NCBI GenBank assembly: GCA_964016885.1
Contig: OZ024740.1
Coordinates: forward strand, 293,260,001-293,324,000
Direction: 5' to 3'
Length of the DNA: 64,000 bases
Source of the DNA: Eledone cirrhosa
Taxonomy: Eukaryota
Under the pieces are notes generated by a model. That model made no database searches, was not told where the DNA came from, and saw nothing but the letters and a program-made list of their open reading frames with translations. The number at the start of each line of letters is the position of its first letter. Within the stretch, counting starts at the first letter, position 1. This document shows, piece by piece, positions 27,040-40,189 of the stretch. Made by a program: the position numbers and the translations under genes.

Positions 27040-28760
27040 ATTTGTGTTTGAATGTATGTGTGTGTTTGCGCGTATGTGTATATAGGTGTGTGTGTGTGTA
27101 TTATTTAGTACACATATGTGTAATTATGTCTAGAATTTGCACGTGTAGTACCTATATGTATTTGTCTATGTATAAAAGTGCACATTTTCAGATGCACTGC
27201 CTATATGAAGTTGCGTGAGTGAATAAGTATATATGATGTATAAGAGTGCGTTTGTGTCGGTCTGTACGTATGAAATATTTGGGTGAGTGTGTATGTTTGT
27301 TGTGTGCATGGGTGTGTTTGTGTGTGTGTATGTGTGCGTGTGTGTGTGTGTGTTAGGTGTGTGTGTTTAGGTGTGTGTGTTTAGGTGTGCATGTGTATGT
27401 ATTTGTTTGTGTGCATATTTATGTATGTTAAGATGTGCATTTATGTGTATTTGTCTGTGTGCGTGAGCGTGTGTGAGTGTGTGTATTTATATGTGTTTAT
27501 GTATGAATGTGTATATTTATGTGCGCTTAGGTGTGCATGTGCGTGTATTTGTGCATGTGTGCGTATTTACGTGTGTTTAGATATGCATGTGTATATTTAT
27601 GTGTGCTTAGGTGTGTATGTGTGTGCATTTGTGCGTATTTATATATGTTTAGGTATGCATGTGTATATTAATGTGTGCATGTGCGTGTATTTGTGCGTGT
27701 GCGTGTATTTATGTATGTTTAAGTATGCATGAGTGCGTATTCGTATTTATGTGTATGTGTATGTGCCTATTTATGTGTGTCTATTTGTGAGTGTGCCTGA
27801 GAGTGTGTGTTTGTGCATGAGTATACGTGCGTATTTGTGTGTGTTTAGGTGTGCGTGTATGTATTTGTGTGTGTGCCATGTGTGTATGTGTATGTGTATG
27901 TGTGTGTATGTGTGTGTACCTGTGCGCGCGAGTGTGTGTGTGTGTGTGCCCATTTGTATAATTTGCACGAGTGGTATTTATAGGTCCTCTGATGCCTGGT
28001 TAGCTGAAGTTTGGTGTAGCTTTGTGTGCAAAGAATATAAGAATGTAAATATTTGTGAACCAACGCTGTGTATCTGTATGTGAGAGGGAGAGTGTGTGCG
28101 TGTGCGTGTGTGCAAGAGAGAGACAGAGAGAGAGTGTGTGTGTGTGTGTGAGAGAGAGAGAGAACGTCGACATAAGAATGTTTATGAGCGTGTGAAGGAG
28201 TAAATATAGCGAGAGTGAGAGAGGGAGGGGGCGGAGAGGATGAAGTGTGCATGTGTGTGTTTGTGGGAACGACGACATAAAGAATATGTTTGAGCGTGTA
28301 AAAGAATAATTGAAGAGAGAGAAGGGGGAGGAGAACGAGAGAGAGAGAGAGGGGGATTGAGAGGGGGAAATATATATATATAGAGAGAGGAGAACGAGAG
28401 GGGGAGAGTGGGAGAAAGAGAGAGAGGAAAACGAGAGAGAGAGAGAAAGAGAGAGAGAGGGGAGATGGGGAGAGAGAGAAAGAGAGAGAGAGGAGAACGA
28501 GAGAGAGGGGAGAGAGAGAAAGAGAGAGTGAGGAGAACGAGAGGGGGAGAGTGGGAGAAAGAGAGAGAGGAAAACGAGAGAGAGAGAGAGAAAGAGAGAG
28601 AGGGGAGATGGGGAGAGAGAGAAAGAGAGAGAGAGAGGAGAACGAGAGAGAGGGGAGAGAGAGAAAGAGAGAGAGGGGGGGAATGAGAGAGAAGGGGCGA
28701 GAGAGAGAGAGAAAGAAAGAAAGAAAGAAAAAGAGAGAGTGTGTGAGAGAGAGAGGGGGA
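27040..28760. repeat. Degenerate (TG)n followed by purine-rich (GA)n low-complexity tract
   Basis: Directly visible. Confidence 0.85.
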
Positions 28761-28929
28761 GGGGGTACATAGAAAATGTATGTGTTAGTATTTCAAACAG
28801 CGAGATAAATTTAATGCCGTGAGGGAGAAGTTTAACGTTTCGAACGATCACTTCGTCAGGGAGATCTTACTTATAATTATTTTTACAGACTCAGAACATC
28901 GCTAGTTTTCACGGATCTTGCAGTTTTAT

Positions 28930-29344
28930 TATCTATTAGTATATCTCTAGTGTTGTTGCTATGTGTATGTCTGTATCTGTGAGTGTGTGTGTGAGTGTGT
29001 GTATGTACATGTGTGTCTACAAATATATCTCTAGTGTTGTTGCTATGTGTATGTCTGTATCTGTGAGTGTGTGAGTGTGTGTGTGTGTGTACATGTGTGT
29101 CTACTAGTGTATCTCTAGTGTTGTTGCTATATGTATGTCTGTATCTGTGAGTGTGTGAGTGTGTGTGTGAGTGTGTGTGTGTGTGTGTGTAGATGTGTGT
29201 CTATTAGTATATCTCTAGTGTTGTTGCTATGTGTATGTCTGTATCTGTGAGTGTGTGAGTGTGTGTGCGTGTGTGTGTGTGTATACATGTGTGTCTACTA
29301 GTATATCACTAGTGTTGCTATGTGTATGTCTCTATCTATGAGTG

Positions 29345-29375
<31 letters not shown>

Positions 29376-29430
29376 CTATTAGTATATCGCTAGTGTTGCT
29401 ATGTGTATGTCTGTATCTGTGAGTGCGTGT
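28930..29430. repeat. Minisatellite approx. 60-90 bp (tagtatatctctagtgttgttgctatgtgtatgtctgtatctgtgag(tg)n)
   Basis: About 7 copies. Confidence 0.85.
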
Positions 29431-29809
29431 GTATGTGTGTGTGTGTGTGTCTGTAAATGTGTTGGTGTGTGTGTGCATGAGTTCGTATGTGTGTGTGTAT
29501 GTACATGTGTTGGTGAATGTGTGCTTGTGTTCGTGTGTATTTAAACATATGTGTGTGTGTATGTACAGGTGTTGGTGAGTGTGTGCATGTATTCGTGTGT
29601 GTGTTTAAGCACACATATTTGTGTGTATGTATATGTGCAGATACTTACATGTGTCAACGTGTATGTATGTATGTGTGGTTGTGCGGTAACACCTGATCTA
29701 TAACATAGCCGTTAACCTAATTTGAAGGAATCGTGTTCAAACTACAAAGAATCAAATATCACAAAGTTGAAGTGGAGGAGGGGAGGGGGGTAAATGGGGG
29801 GGGGTTAAT

Positions 29810-30550
29810 GATGAGAGGGGGTGATACGGAGAATGGTTAAAGTGTGGGGTGGGGGTGAAGGGTGATGATGGGGGGGGGGTGATACGGAGGATGGTTAAAG
29901 TGTGGGGTGGGGTGGGTGAAGGGTGATGATGGGGGGGTGATACGGAGGAGGGTTAAAGTGTGGGGTGGGTGAAGGGTGATGATGGGGGTTAAAGTGTGGT
30001 GTGGGGCTGGGTGAAGGGTGATGATGGGGGGGGATGCGGAGGATGGTTAAAGTGTGGGGTGGGGTGGGTGAAGGGTGATGATGGGGGGGTGATGCGGAGG
30101 ATGGTTAAAGTGTGGGGTGGGGTGGGTGAAGGGTGATGATGGGGGGGTGATACGGAGGAGGGTTAAAGTGCGGGGTGGGGTGGGTGAAGGGTGATGATGG
30201 GGGGTGGTGATGCGGAGGATGGTTAAAGTGCGGGGTGGGGTGGGTGAAGGGTGATGATGGGGGGTGGTGATGCGGAGGATGGTTAAAGTGTGGGGTGGGG
30301 TGGGTGAAGGGTGATGATGGGGGGGTGATACGGAGTAGGGTTAAAGTGTGGGGTGGGGTGGGTGAAGGGTGATGATGGGGGGGTGATACGGAGGAGGGTT
30401 AAAGTGTGGGGTGGGTGAAGGGTGATGATGGGGGTTAAAGTGTGGGGTGGGGTGGGTGAAGGGTGATGATGGGGGGGGGGGGGTGATACGGAGGAGGGTT
30501 AAAGTGTGGGGTGGGTGAAGGGTGATGGTGGGGGGGGGATACGGAGGAAG
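29810..30550 (+). repeat. G-rich minisatellite, approx. 55-60 bp unit
   Basis: About 13 copies of gatacggaggatggttaaagtgtggggtggggtgggtgaagggtgatgatggggggg. Confidence 0.9.
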
Positions 30551-32298
30551 GGGAAAGTGATGATGATGAGGAGGAGGAGGAGGAGGAGGAGATGAAGAGG
30601 AAGGGGAGGAGGACAAGATAGACAAAAATGTGGTTGTGGTGGTAGAGGACGAGGAGGAGGAGGAGGAGAGGAGGACGAGGGGAGAAGGACGAGGAAGATG
30701 GGGAGGAGAGGAGGGGGAGGCGGAGGAGGAGGGTTGAAAAGATGGTAAATAATGTATATTTTTATTTATTTCAGTTTCAACAAGAAATGTTTGCTCTTGA
30801 GTGTTCTCCCCTGTAAATCAGGCTGAGGACATCGTGTCTGAAGGATGAGCCTCGCGATCTCAGTAGGCTGATGCAACGAACATCGTTAGCTCTTCTTCAT
30901 CGTGATGCCTTTTCCCATCCCGAGACTTAACTAAAATATGGTGTTCAACTGAGGCTGTGGGGCTCACCTTTATTTTATTTTCTCTGTTTTTCCGTTCGTT
31001 TGTTTGTTGTAGTTAATTTTTCTTTTTTTTTTATGTGCGGTGATTATTTGAAAAACTTAAACATTTATTTAACAAAATCTAGATTACGAGGACGAGACAA
31101 GCCAACGAGGAGGCTCTATGCGATCGTTCGAGCTACTGCTAGAAATAGCGATAAAGTCTTCTTTATATCATGCCATTTGTCTTTTAAAAAATGGAAACGT
31201 CACATTAGATAATTTAGTCTTAGATATACTGTGCCAGAAAACAAAAACGAAAATATGACTGCTGAAATGTTATTGATTATAGGTCATCGTGATTAGGGCT
31301 GACCTGGGGCTATAAAAAAACTACAATAATAACGATACGAGCTAATTGGTATGGTATGGTCTCCTAACACCTGATGGAGTCGTAGTGACACTGTAGTAAC
31401 ATAGGACATTTCTCTCACAAAGACTGAATACAGCAGATTTGTTCCTGAGAAGGATAGGGGTAGTGGGAAAATGGAAATGAGAAAGAGATATACAGGGAGA
31501 ACCGAGCCCAGTACTAGACTTTTTTATCGACCTCAGATGGATGAAATCCTTAAGAATTCTAAAATATGATGCCTAGAAAACAGCTTGAAGTATTGGAGAA
31601 CAATTCAAAGATAAATTGAAGAGCTACATCAGAAAGCAACCTTCGTTTATGCTCTGCACCAACATATACTAGACAAACATGCCGGACCTTTTAAATATAT
31701 CCACATCTAAAATACACTGATATCACATTTTACCAATTGGCTCTGAATATACAGATGCCCAAAGTTAGTCGTAATAGTAAATCTGAGTGACATAGCCCAA
31801 TATATATTATTTGGTCAGTAGAGAAGAACCGCAGCCATGGACTTTTCAAGGACTGCTGACACTGACGACGTTTCAAAAAGAGTACGAAACAATATCTCAA
31901 TAATATCGACTTATCCTCAAACCAAAGACATGCTAAAGGTACCCAAGAGACACGGTGTTGTGTTAAATTGAGGGATGGATGAATGTACCACCAAAGAGTA
32001 AATGCAGTCTATCCAACGGTCTTTCGCACAATTTGACTTTAATCAAATTCACTCACAAAGCTTTGATTAAATACAAAGTTATAATAGAAGAGACACTCAC
32101 AGGGTACTGCGGAGTGTAATTGAAACAATTGGTTCTACTTGAAGCGAATTTCTATGTTTGTTCCTGGGGTGCATAGATTTGATACGTATACTATAGTATT
32201 ATTTTACTAGTTACAGTCAGTAAACTATAGCCATACTAGGGTGGATGCCATCACTATAACATGTGAGATTTACACTTAATTCTAACAGATATGTAGCT

Positions 32299-33045
32299 TA
32301 GGGTAGCCCTTAGCAATAGGTAATTTTTTTCACACCCCCTAATCCTGTTGCAATAAACAAAAACACGCAACGATTAATTCTGTTCAAAAGCAGTATACTG
32401 TACCCTATCTCGTCCATTTTCTTTTTTCTTCTTAGAGAAATTTATGTGGACACATCCAGCAAATGTTTAAAAACGTTCTGAATCAAATTTACCTATAGTT
32501 AATTTGAAAAATTGCAGAAATAACATGAAAAACTTATGAAATATGAGGTTTTCTTAATAAAGCACACAACTTCTATAAGAGAGACGCAATTTTACTTACA
32601 ACAATATAATTTCTATAGAATCAAAAACATAATGTGAACACTGAACACTGAATATTGAACATTATTTTTGCATAAGAGAGGATTTAGTGATAGTTGGGTA
32701 TGGTTTACGGTTTTCAGTAATGATCTGTAAAACAAATTGTTTCTCAGTTTCATCTTTTGTAAGAATGTTATTGTAATCCAGAATAAGTTTGACACCTCTT
32801 TCTACAACATCATTCACAAGTGTCATCTCAAGATTTTCAAGTCCTCTTCTGTTGAATGGTCTTTGTCGAGGAAATCGGTACTGATATAAAATCTCGTGAA
32901 GAAAGTTTTTGTACCAAAAGCTTTTGTTACAAAAGACGAACACTCGATATTTGTAAAGGAAGAAAAGTCATGTTGGTGCAGAATGTACCTCTTCACTTGA
33001 TTTTTTCACCTGTCTGCTTCCAGCATAACTTGAGCAATATTTGCC
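32299..33045 (-). mobile_element. hAT-superfamily (hATm-like) transposon 3' remnant
   Basis: Minus-strand LVNDVVERGVKLILDYNNILTKDETEKQFVLQIITENRKPYP (32662-32860) resembles the ND.AERGVKL transposase C-terminus; terminus tagggtagccctta at 32299 matches the MITE TIR at 33771. Confidence 0.65.
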
Positions 33046-33520
33046 TTAATCTCTCCTTGCCCTCCTTGCCCTCCTTTTATCCTTGCTCTTCTTTTCTCCT
33101 TGCTCTCCTTGCTCTCCCTTTCTCCTTGCTCTCCTTTTCTCCTTGGTCTCATTGCTCTCCTTTTCTCCTTGCTCTCCTTTTCTCCTTGATCTCCTTGCTC
33201 TCCTTGCTCTCCTTTTCTCCTTGCTCACCTTGCTCTCCTTGCTCTCCTTTTCTCATTGCTCTCCTTGCCCTCCTTTTATCCTTGCTCACCTTGCTCTCCT
33301 TTTCTCCTTGCTCTCCTTTTCTTATTGCTCTCCTTGCTCTCCTTTTCTCATTGCTCTCCTTGCTCTCCTTTTCTCATTCCTCTCCTTGCCCTCCTTTTAT
33401 CCTTGCTCTCCTTGCCCTCCTTTTATCCTTGCTCTCATTGCTCTCCTTTTCTCATTGCTCTCCTTGCTATCATTTTCTCATTGCTCTCCTTGCTCTCATT
33501 TTCGCCTTACTCTCCTTTTG
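33045..33520. repeat. Pyrimidine-rich 9-mer satellite (ccttgctct)n
   Basis: Directly visible; source of spurious ORFs. Confidence 0.9.
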
Positions 33521-33581
33521 TATCATATTAAGGAGAAAGGGAGAGCAAGGAGAATATATATATATAATATATATATATATA

Positions 33582-33687
<106 letters not shown>

Positions 33688-33770
33688 ATATGTGTATATA
33701 TATATATATATTACTCAATACCGAGTACTCAGTTCTCTCAGCTGTCAACCACATACGGATATATGTATAT

Positions 33771-34140
33771 TAGGGTGGCCCTTAGCAATAGGTAAATTCC
33801 GAAATTTAAAATGTTGCTGCTCCCACAGCGAAAAATAGGTGTCTGCTCTACACCTGCACTCTGTCCCCAGCTTTGCAAGTTGCCTTCCCCATTATATTTA
33901 TTGTCACTTATCCTTGTAATACCAAGAATAAGTCTGAACAAGTTTTTAATTTAAGAGAAAATGATATGAGATAAAAAGTTTTTATCTGATAAATTGACTT
34001 TCCGGGCGAAAGCTTCACAATTTCACGATCGATGAGGACCGCCTTGCAGTTGTCCGCATAAATCGGTGTTTTGATATTTGGAAGAAGATACGTGGGTGGG
34101 AGCTAAACATTTAGAAAGTTAAAAAATAAGGGCCACCCTA
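33771..34140. mobile_element. hAT-type MITE
   Basis: TIR tagggtggccctta / taagggccacccta; 8-bp TSD atgtatat / atgtatct. Confidence 0.8.
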
Positions 34141-34689
34141 ATGTATCTTTCGTAAATGTTGCACACAGCATAGAAAGTGAACTCCTTGAATAATGATAAA
34201 TAAAAATGTAGACCACCATATAAGTATGATCATTAGAACCTTATATATTCAAATTATACTTTAGTAGTGAATGTATTAATTATATTACTAACTTGAACTG
34301 GATACAATTTCTAACTTGAAATATATAAAGATTAACTGTTATTATAGATTAAATGTTTAAACAATGGATTCCTACTTTCACACTAAGTAGGATCATCTGA
34401 AACAGAAAAATCATATGTTGACGCAGAAGTAAATATTCAAAAACAATTACGACCAAATATTGCATTTCGAAAACAGGAATACAAAGACCTCTTTGGATTT
34501 TTGTTTTTGTATTTCTTATTACCATATTAAGATTAAATAGTTAGGGATATTTAACCGTAAACATAAATAAATATATGTAAACTATTTCTTTTGTTATATA
34601 TAGTACGTGAGTATATAATTAAATACGAATGTAAATATGTAATGAATGCATGTACATACGTATGTATGTATGTATATATGTATCCAAAA

Positions 34690-35410
34690 TCACCGGGAGA
34701 GATGATCCCTTAGCCTTTGTCAAGGCAGAATTCTAGGTGAAGGAAAACTCTGATATAACACCTGCAACCCTGATGGTATCCAATGATGTTGACTTGTTCT
34801 TCTTTTTGGTAAATATCATCTTGGTTAAGAGAGTGGGACTGGCTTTGTGCAATGCCTTTGCTCACTATAAAAGCTTCACGGCACAGGCATTGCTTTATAT
34901 CTGGAGATCTCTCTGCACTTGTCGTCACATGGTACCATGGGTCCAGCACTATGTGTCAATAATTGTCACAAGTGTAGTGTTTGTACCAGAGTTTTCAAGT
35001 CGCTGGCTGGACTAAAAAGTCACACTTGTTTAGCGCATCGGTAGGGGTTCTCCTACATGGATATAAAGTAGTGCCCGTACTCGAAAACTAGTTGGCAGCC
35101 ACCATATATCTATGTAGGTATGTATGTGTGTGTGTATATGTCAGGGAATTCTTCTAGGAGAAGGCAACTCAGGAAACTGGAATAACTCCGACATAAAACC
35201 TGCGGCTCAATAGTTACTGATGATGTTGATCTTTTCTTCTTTTCGGGTTCTAGCTACTGTCGCTCAGAGAGTAAGATTGGCTCAGTACTGAGTCTTTCCT
35301 CACTTTAAAAAAAATGTTCACGCATTGCATGATAACATTAATTGATATTTATTGATAATTTTATATCGTGCAATGGCCATACCCGATAACGAGGGGCCAG
35401 CCATCATCAT
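34690..35410 (+). mobile_element. Two RTE-derived short elements; the first has a C2H2-like ORF end
   Basis: Shared ctagg(t/a)gaagg(a/c)aactc..tgatgttga..ttcttctttt; 34967-35044 reads HKCSVCTRVFKSLAGLKSHTCLAHR*; similar 3' ends tac(t/c)cga..cagcca. Confidence 0.5.
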
Positions 35411-35922
35411 GTATGTATATATGTAGGTAGGTATGTATGTAGGGATGTATGTATGTATGGAGGGATGGATGTACGTACATGTGTCTGCATGTACGTAGGT
35501 ACGTACGTATTTATGTATGAACGTATGTGTGTATAAATGAATATATGAATGTATAAATGTATGTATTGTGTGAATTTATGAATGAATTTATGTATATATG
35601 ATGTATGTTGCAGCGCTCGCGTGTGTGTGTTACTCATGTATGTATTGATTTTTAACAATGGAAACATCTTTCTTACAATATAATCCTTTCACTTACACAA
35701 TATCCTGTTATTAAAAAGTTTTTCTGTCAAATCAGAATTTGCAACTCCTTTTTTCCCTCTCAATTTTCATATTTTGATTTCCCTGACTCGATTATCCTCT
35801 CAATTTCAAATACTACCAACAAGGAAAAGGCTCCATTTCAAAGAGTTTTACATTCAGCAATTTAGGCTGGATAGCATGTCATCTGCATATCATTCAGTTT
35901 CGGTGATTGTGTGTGTTGGTGG

Positions 35923-36022
<100 letters not shown>

Positions 36023-36249
36023 CGTATGTATGTATGAATGTATGTATGTATGTATGTATGTATGTATGTATGTATGTATATATATGTGTGTATGTACATA
36101 TATATGTATATAGATATTTGAAACATCGGATCGGAAAACATTTACAGCAGACGATGGAAACTCCTTTCTTCCTTTCTCCTCCTGTTCCGTCCTAACCACC
36201 ACCCTAAACCTTCTTTTTAGTAACCACACAGCTCCTTTCGTTTCATAAC

Positions 36250-36286
<37 letters not shown>

Positions 36287-36291
<5 letters not shown>

Positions 36292-36587
36292 AAGTTATAT
36301 TTAATTCGTTGGGATTCAACAAGCTTAAAAGTTTTATAACTGATATAAAGCACTCAACAGTTTACTGGAGTAAATATTCAATATATTAATAAATGGAAAC
36401 TATATTTATAAAACCATAATTATTTTATTATATATAAAAGTTGTTTTTCTGCGGGTATGTCAGCATTTATAAAACAAATTCTGTATTTTATCTGATGAAA
36501 GCGCACCAAAATTTGCCTTGGTTGCCCTTGAAATATATGTAATAAAATAATTATGGTTTTATAAATATAGTTTCCATTTATTAATAT

Positions 36588-36592
<5 letters not shown>
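36287..36592 (+). mobile_element. Short non-autonomous derivative of the Naiad-like PLE at 55247-56690
   Basis: 36287-36378 homologous to 55247-55338; 36379-36436 is an inverted copy of 36535-36592; HHR-bearing pLTR; (TA)n flanks. Confidence 0.75.
36484..36549 (+). ncRNA. Type I hammerhead ribozyme
   Basis: UAUUUUAU CUGAUGA [AAG-c-GCACCAA..UUGGUUGC-c-CUU] GAAA UAUAUG UA/ AUAAAAUA: perfect 8-bp stem I. Confidence 0.8.
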
Positions 36593-36669
<77 letters not shown>

Positions 36670-36674
<5 letters not shown>

Positions 36675-36910
36675 CTCAAACATTCCTTTTATCAGACCCT
36701 GTCAGAAGCAACTGTCTCCAACTGATCCGGCTAGATCCCAAGCGACACTAGCCAAGGTCTACCCCTACACTTGCTCAGGTCTACCCCTGGGTCTCCTGTC
36801 TGTTAGTTTTGTTCGTAACATCTGTCCAGCGATTCTTTCTTCAGACATTCTAACCACATGCATATAGTATCGGAGCTGTGATCTTCCAATTCGGAGAAGT
36901 AGCAGCTCCA
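36670..36910 (-). mobile_element. RTE-clade LINE 3' fragment
   Basis: Homologous to 1336-1583. Confidence 0.65.
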
Positions 36911-38154
36911 CTTGTATAACATACCGGTAACTGTCGTGTGCTGGTTAAATAGTTTTGTCTACCCGTGACTACTATCAGAACATACAGACCAGAGAGAGAG
37001 ACAACCAGGGGGCCTCTATGTGGGGGCTCACTCTACTAGAAATAGCAGATAAATCTCCTACAAATTTGGGGACAACTTGTATATGTAGTTGTTGATAAAG
37101 TCCCACTCAGTCAGGATAACACAGCATAAGAATGAGTGGGGGTCACTGGAATGCACTGCCGCAAAAGAAATTGGAAACAGTGTTATTAAAAGACGTTCTG
37201 AAATACGTTACTTGTGAATGAGAGTGCCCACCCAGTATATTCTGATGTGCCCCTAAATACCTAATATTTCACCCAGTCCACCAAAATGCCCACTCATAAT
37301 ATTCCGATGCGTTCTAAACACCTAAGCCTTCACCCAGTCAATTTCAACATGGATTATTTACTCTCTCCTTTTCTCATACTTATGATTTACAACACACATT
37401 TATTAACGTTGCTTCATTTCATGTGTGACAGCTTATCATTTAAGAAAATGTCAGTTATATTTTCAGATATGATTTTTATTTCTCCAGTCATCTGTGCAAT
37501 ATCAGGAGCACAGCTATTTTATTGTCTTTATGGCGAGAAAGGGCGACTGATAAAACAATTTCAGAAAATTGATATTTTGTAAAATTGCTAAATTTTCAGA
37601 CAAAATCTTCTAAGTAAAAACAAAAGAAAGTCTCTTTTCGAAAAGAAATTTCAAACGGTGTTTATTTTATTTATTATGTTTGTTTGTTTGTTTTGTTTTG
37701 TTTTGTTTTTTGTTGTTGTTGTTGTTTTTTATCTCACGGCATCCATTATTTTCTGAGATGTTTTAAGCTTAAATGTATATGAATTTTAATTGCAAATTCC
37801 GACGAGTTCTTAAGTGTTAAGACTTTGTGAATAATAGTATTGTAAGAGGTTTATCGACTTGGTTTTGTTCTCTCTCTATGTATAAATCAATATAACATAA
37901 ACCTTTTATCATTATTATTACTCCTTTTCCTGGGAACTGAATAGTTCTCTTCTATATCGATATTACTGCAATAAGGAACTGGGCTATTGAAAAATGGCGG
38001 ACGTATGTCATAATATATGAATATACTACTAAAGAATTTTTAGAAGCTAATTTGGAACTTGTGACTTATTGATTCGGTAATTTACCAGTTAGCATTTCTA
38101 GCCACAAATTGACTCTTTGCAGAACACGAATAGAAAATTTCCGGTCCAAATCTA

Positions 38155-38163
38155 TCTTCTTCT

Positions 38164-38210
<47 letters not shown>

Positions 38211-38640
38211 TTCTTCTTCTTCTTCTTCTTCTTCTTCTTCTTCTTCTTCTTGAGAAAGAGTCGTGGAGACAGAATCTTCAAACACACCTTCCAGAGGACC
38301 CTTTCAGAAGCAACTATCTTCAAATGATCCGGCTAGATATCTAAGCAAGACCAACCCAGCCTATGGATACTAACCAACTATCTTGCTCATGGTCTACAAC
38401 TGGATCTTTTGCCGGTTGACTATGACCGTAAAATCAATCCAGTGGAAGAATACAATCGCGAATGCAAGCGGCTGAAACGGGATTCCTCCGAACGGTTTTT
38501 TTAAGTAACGCTATTCGATAGAGTGCGTAGCTCGAAGTGGAGGAGTCGCTCCAAGTAAAGCGACTCCTCCACTTCGAGGAAACCTAGCTCTGTTCTTACA
38601 GACATGTAGTTAGAATGTCTAAAGAATGAATCACATGGTA
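38155..38640 (-). mobile_element. RTE-clade LINE 3' fragment with (GAA)n tail
   Basis: Homologous to 1336-1583. Confidence 0.7.
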
Positions 38641-38724
38641 ACAGGTTGACTCCTAAACTTTAAATGTTTAAATGTGATTGGACTCAGAATAAATAAAATT
38701 TAGCTAATGCTGTTTACCTTCTCT

Positions 38725-38935
38725 GGAGGCATATAGCCTAATGGTAAGAATGTTTGTGGATTCGATTCGGGCTTGAGCAAAACACTTCATTTCACTTTGC
38801 TCCAGTATACTCAGCTGAAAATGAGAACCACTAATTGCTGGAGGTTTAACCTTGCGATGATCTGGCGTCTCAGTCGCTTCATGCCACGAGACCGAGATAA
38901 GCACCAACCTGACGAGCCTCCTGGCTTGTGACAGA
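38725..38935 (+). mobile_element. SINE family C
   Basis: ggaggcatatagcctaatggtaag..ggattcgattc..ttgagcaaaacacttcatttcac. Confidence 0.6.
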
Positions 38936-38945
38936 CTATATATAT

Positions 38946-38980
<35 letters not shown>

Positions 38981-38981
<1 letters not shown>

Positions 38982-40189
38982 TTCACTCGCTTTACGCGTT
39001 TTAATTGTCCTAATAACTTAATTTAGTTATTATTGCACCGACGTGAGGTATATGATTTTTAATGCAATGAAATATCTATGATCGTCGGCAAATCACTGAT
39101 GAGGGACTTATTTTATTACATGTTATCCATGTGCAACCAGCAGTATTCTTCTCCCCATTTTTTCACATATATTTACCTACTGCGATTCTGTTTTTTTCTC
39201 TCTCTCTCTCTTACTGCTCCCTCGCTCTCTCTGTTTCTCCTACTTTCTTTCGCCCCCTCTGTCATGTCAGTTAACTCTTCCTCACACTTCCACTCACTCA
39301 CTCACCGTTTCTCCTCTTCTCACTTCACCCCGTTCGCGACGAAATCATTTTCTCTCTTTCTCACATTTGAATTCGCTCCTGAAAGGTCTTTTTTCTAAGC
39401 GCTCATATATTCACCTAGCTTATGCTAACAGAATAACTATGAAGCTTGTTCCCTTTCTTCTACGGTTAGCTATCCTCTTTGTTGTTATCTTGTTTCACTC
39501 GCTTTACGCGTTTTAATTGTCCTAATAACTTAATTTAGTTATTATTGCACCGACGTGAGGTATATGATTTTTAATGCAATGAAATATCTATGATCGTCGG
39601 CAAATCACTGATGAGGGACTTATTTTATTACATGTTATCCATGTGCAACCAGCAGTATTCTTCTCCCCATTTTTACACATATATTTACCTACTGCGATTC
39701 TGTTTTTTTCTCTCTCTCTCTCTTACTGCTCCCTCGCTCTCTCTGTTTCTCCTACTTTCTTTCGCCCCCTCTGTCATGTCAGTTAACTCTTCCTCACACT
39801 TCCACTCACTCACTCACCGTTTCTCCTCTTCTCACTTCACCCCGTTCGCGACGAAATCATTTTCTCTCTTTCTCACATTTGAATTCGCTCCTGAAAGGTC
39901 TTTTTTCTAAGCGCTCATATATTCACCTAGCTTATGCTAACAGAATAACTATGAAGCTTGTTCCCTTTCTTCTACGGTTAGCTATCCTCTTTGTTGTTAT
40001 CTTGTTTCACTCGCTTTACGCGTTTTAATTGTCCTAATAACTTAATTTAGTTATTATTGCACCGACGTGAGGTATATGATTTTTAATGCAATGAAATATC
40101 TATGATCGTCGGCAAATCACTGATGAGGGACTTATTTTATTACATGTTATCCATGTGCAACCAGCAGTATTCTTCTCCCCATTTTTTCA
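38981..40189. repeat. Near-identical 512-bp tandem repeat (approx. 2.4 copies) between (TA)n tracts
   Basis: Unit starts tttcactcgctttacgcg at 38981, 39493 and 40005. Confidence 0.92.

Noticed and set aside
28815-28868. Minus-strand CTGACGA..GAAACGTTA hammerhead-like motif
   Set aside because: Stems I and II do not pair convincingly; at best a decayed relic
31560-31950. Possible additional PLE endonuclease relic (ALHQHILDKH); similar weak signal at 24380-24600
   Set aside because: Too degraded to support without an HMM search
39078-39910. Duplicated 106-aa ORFs
   Set aside because: Low-complexity by-product of the 512-bp tandem repeat; no protein motif
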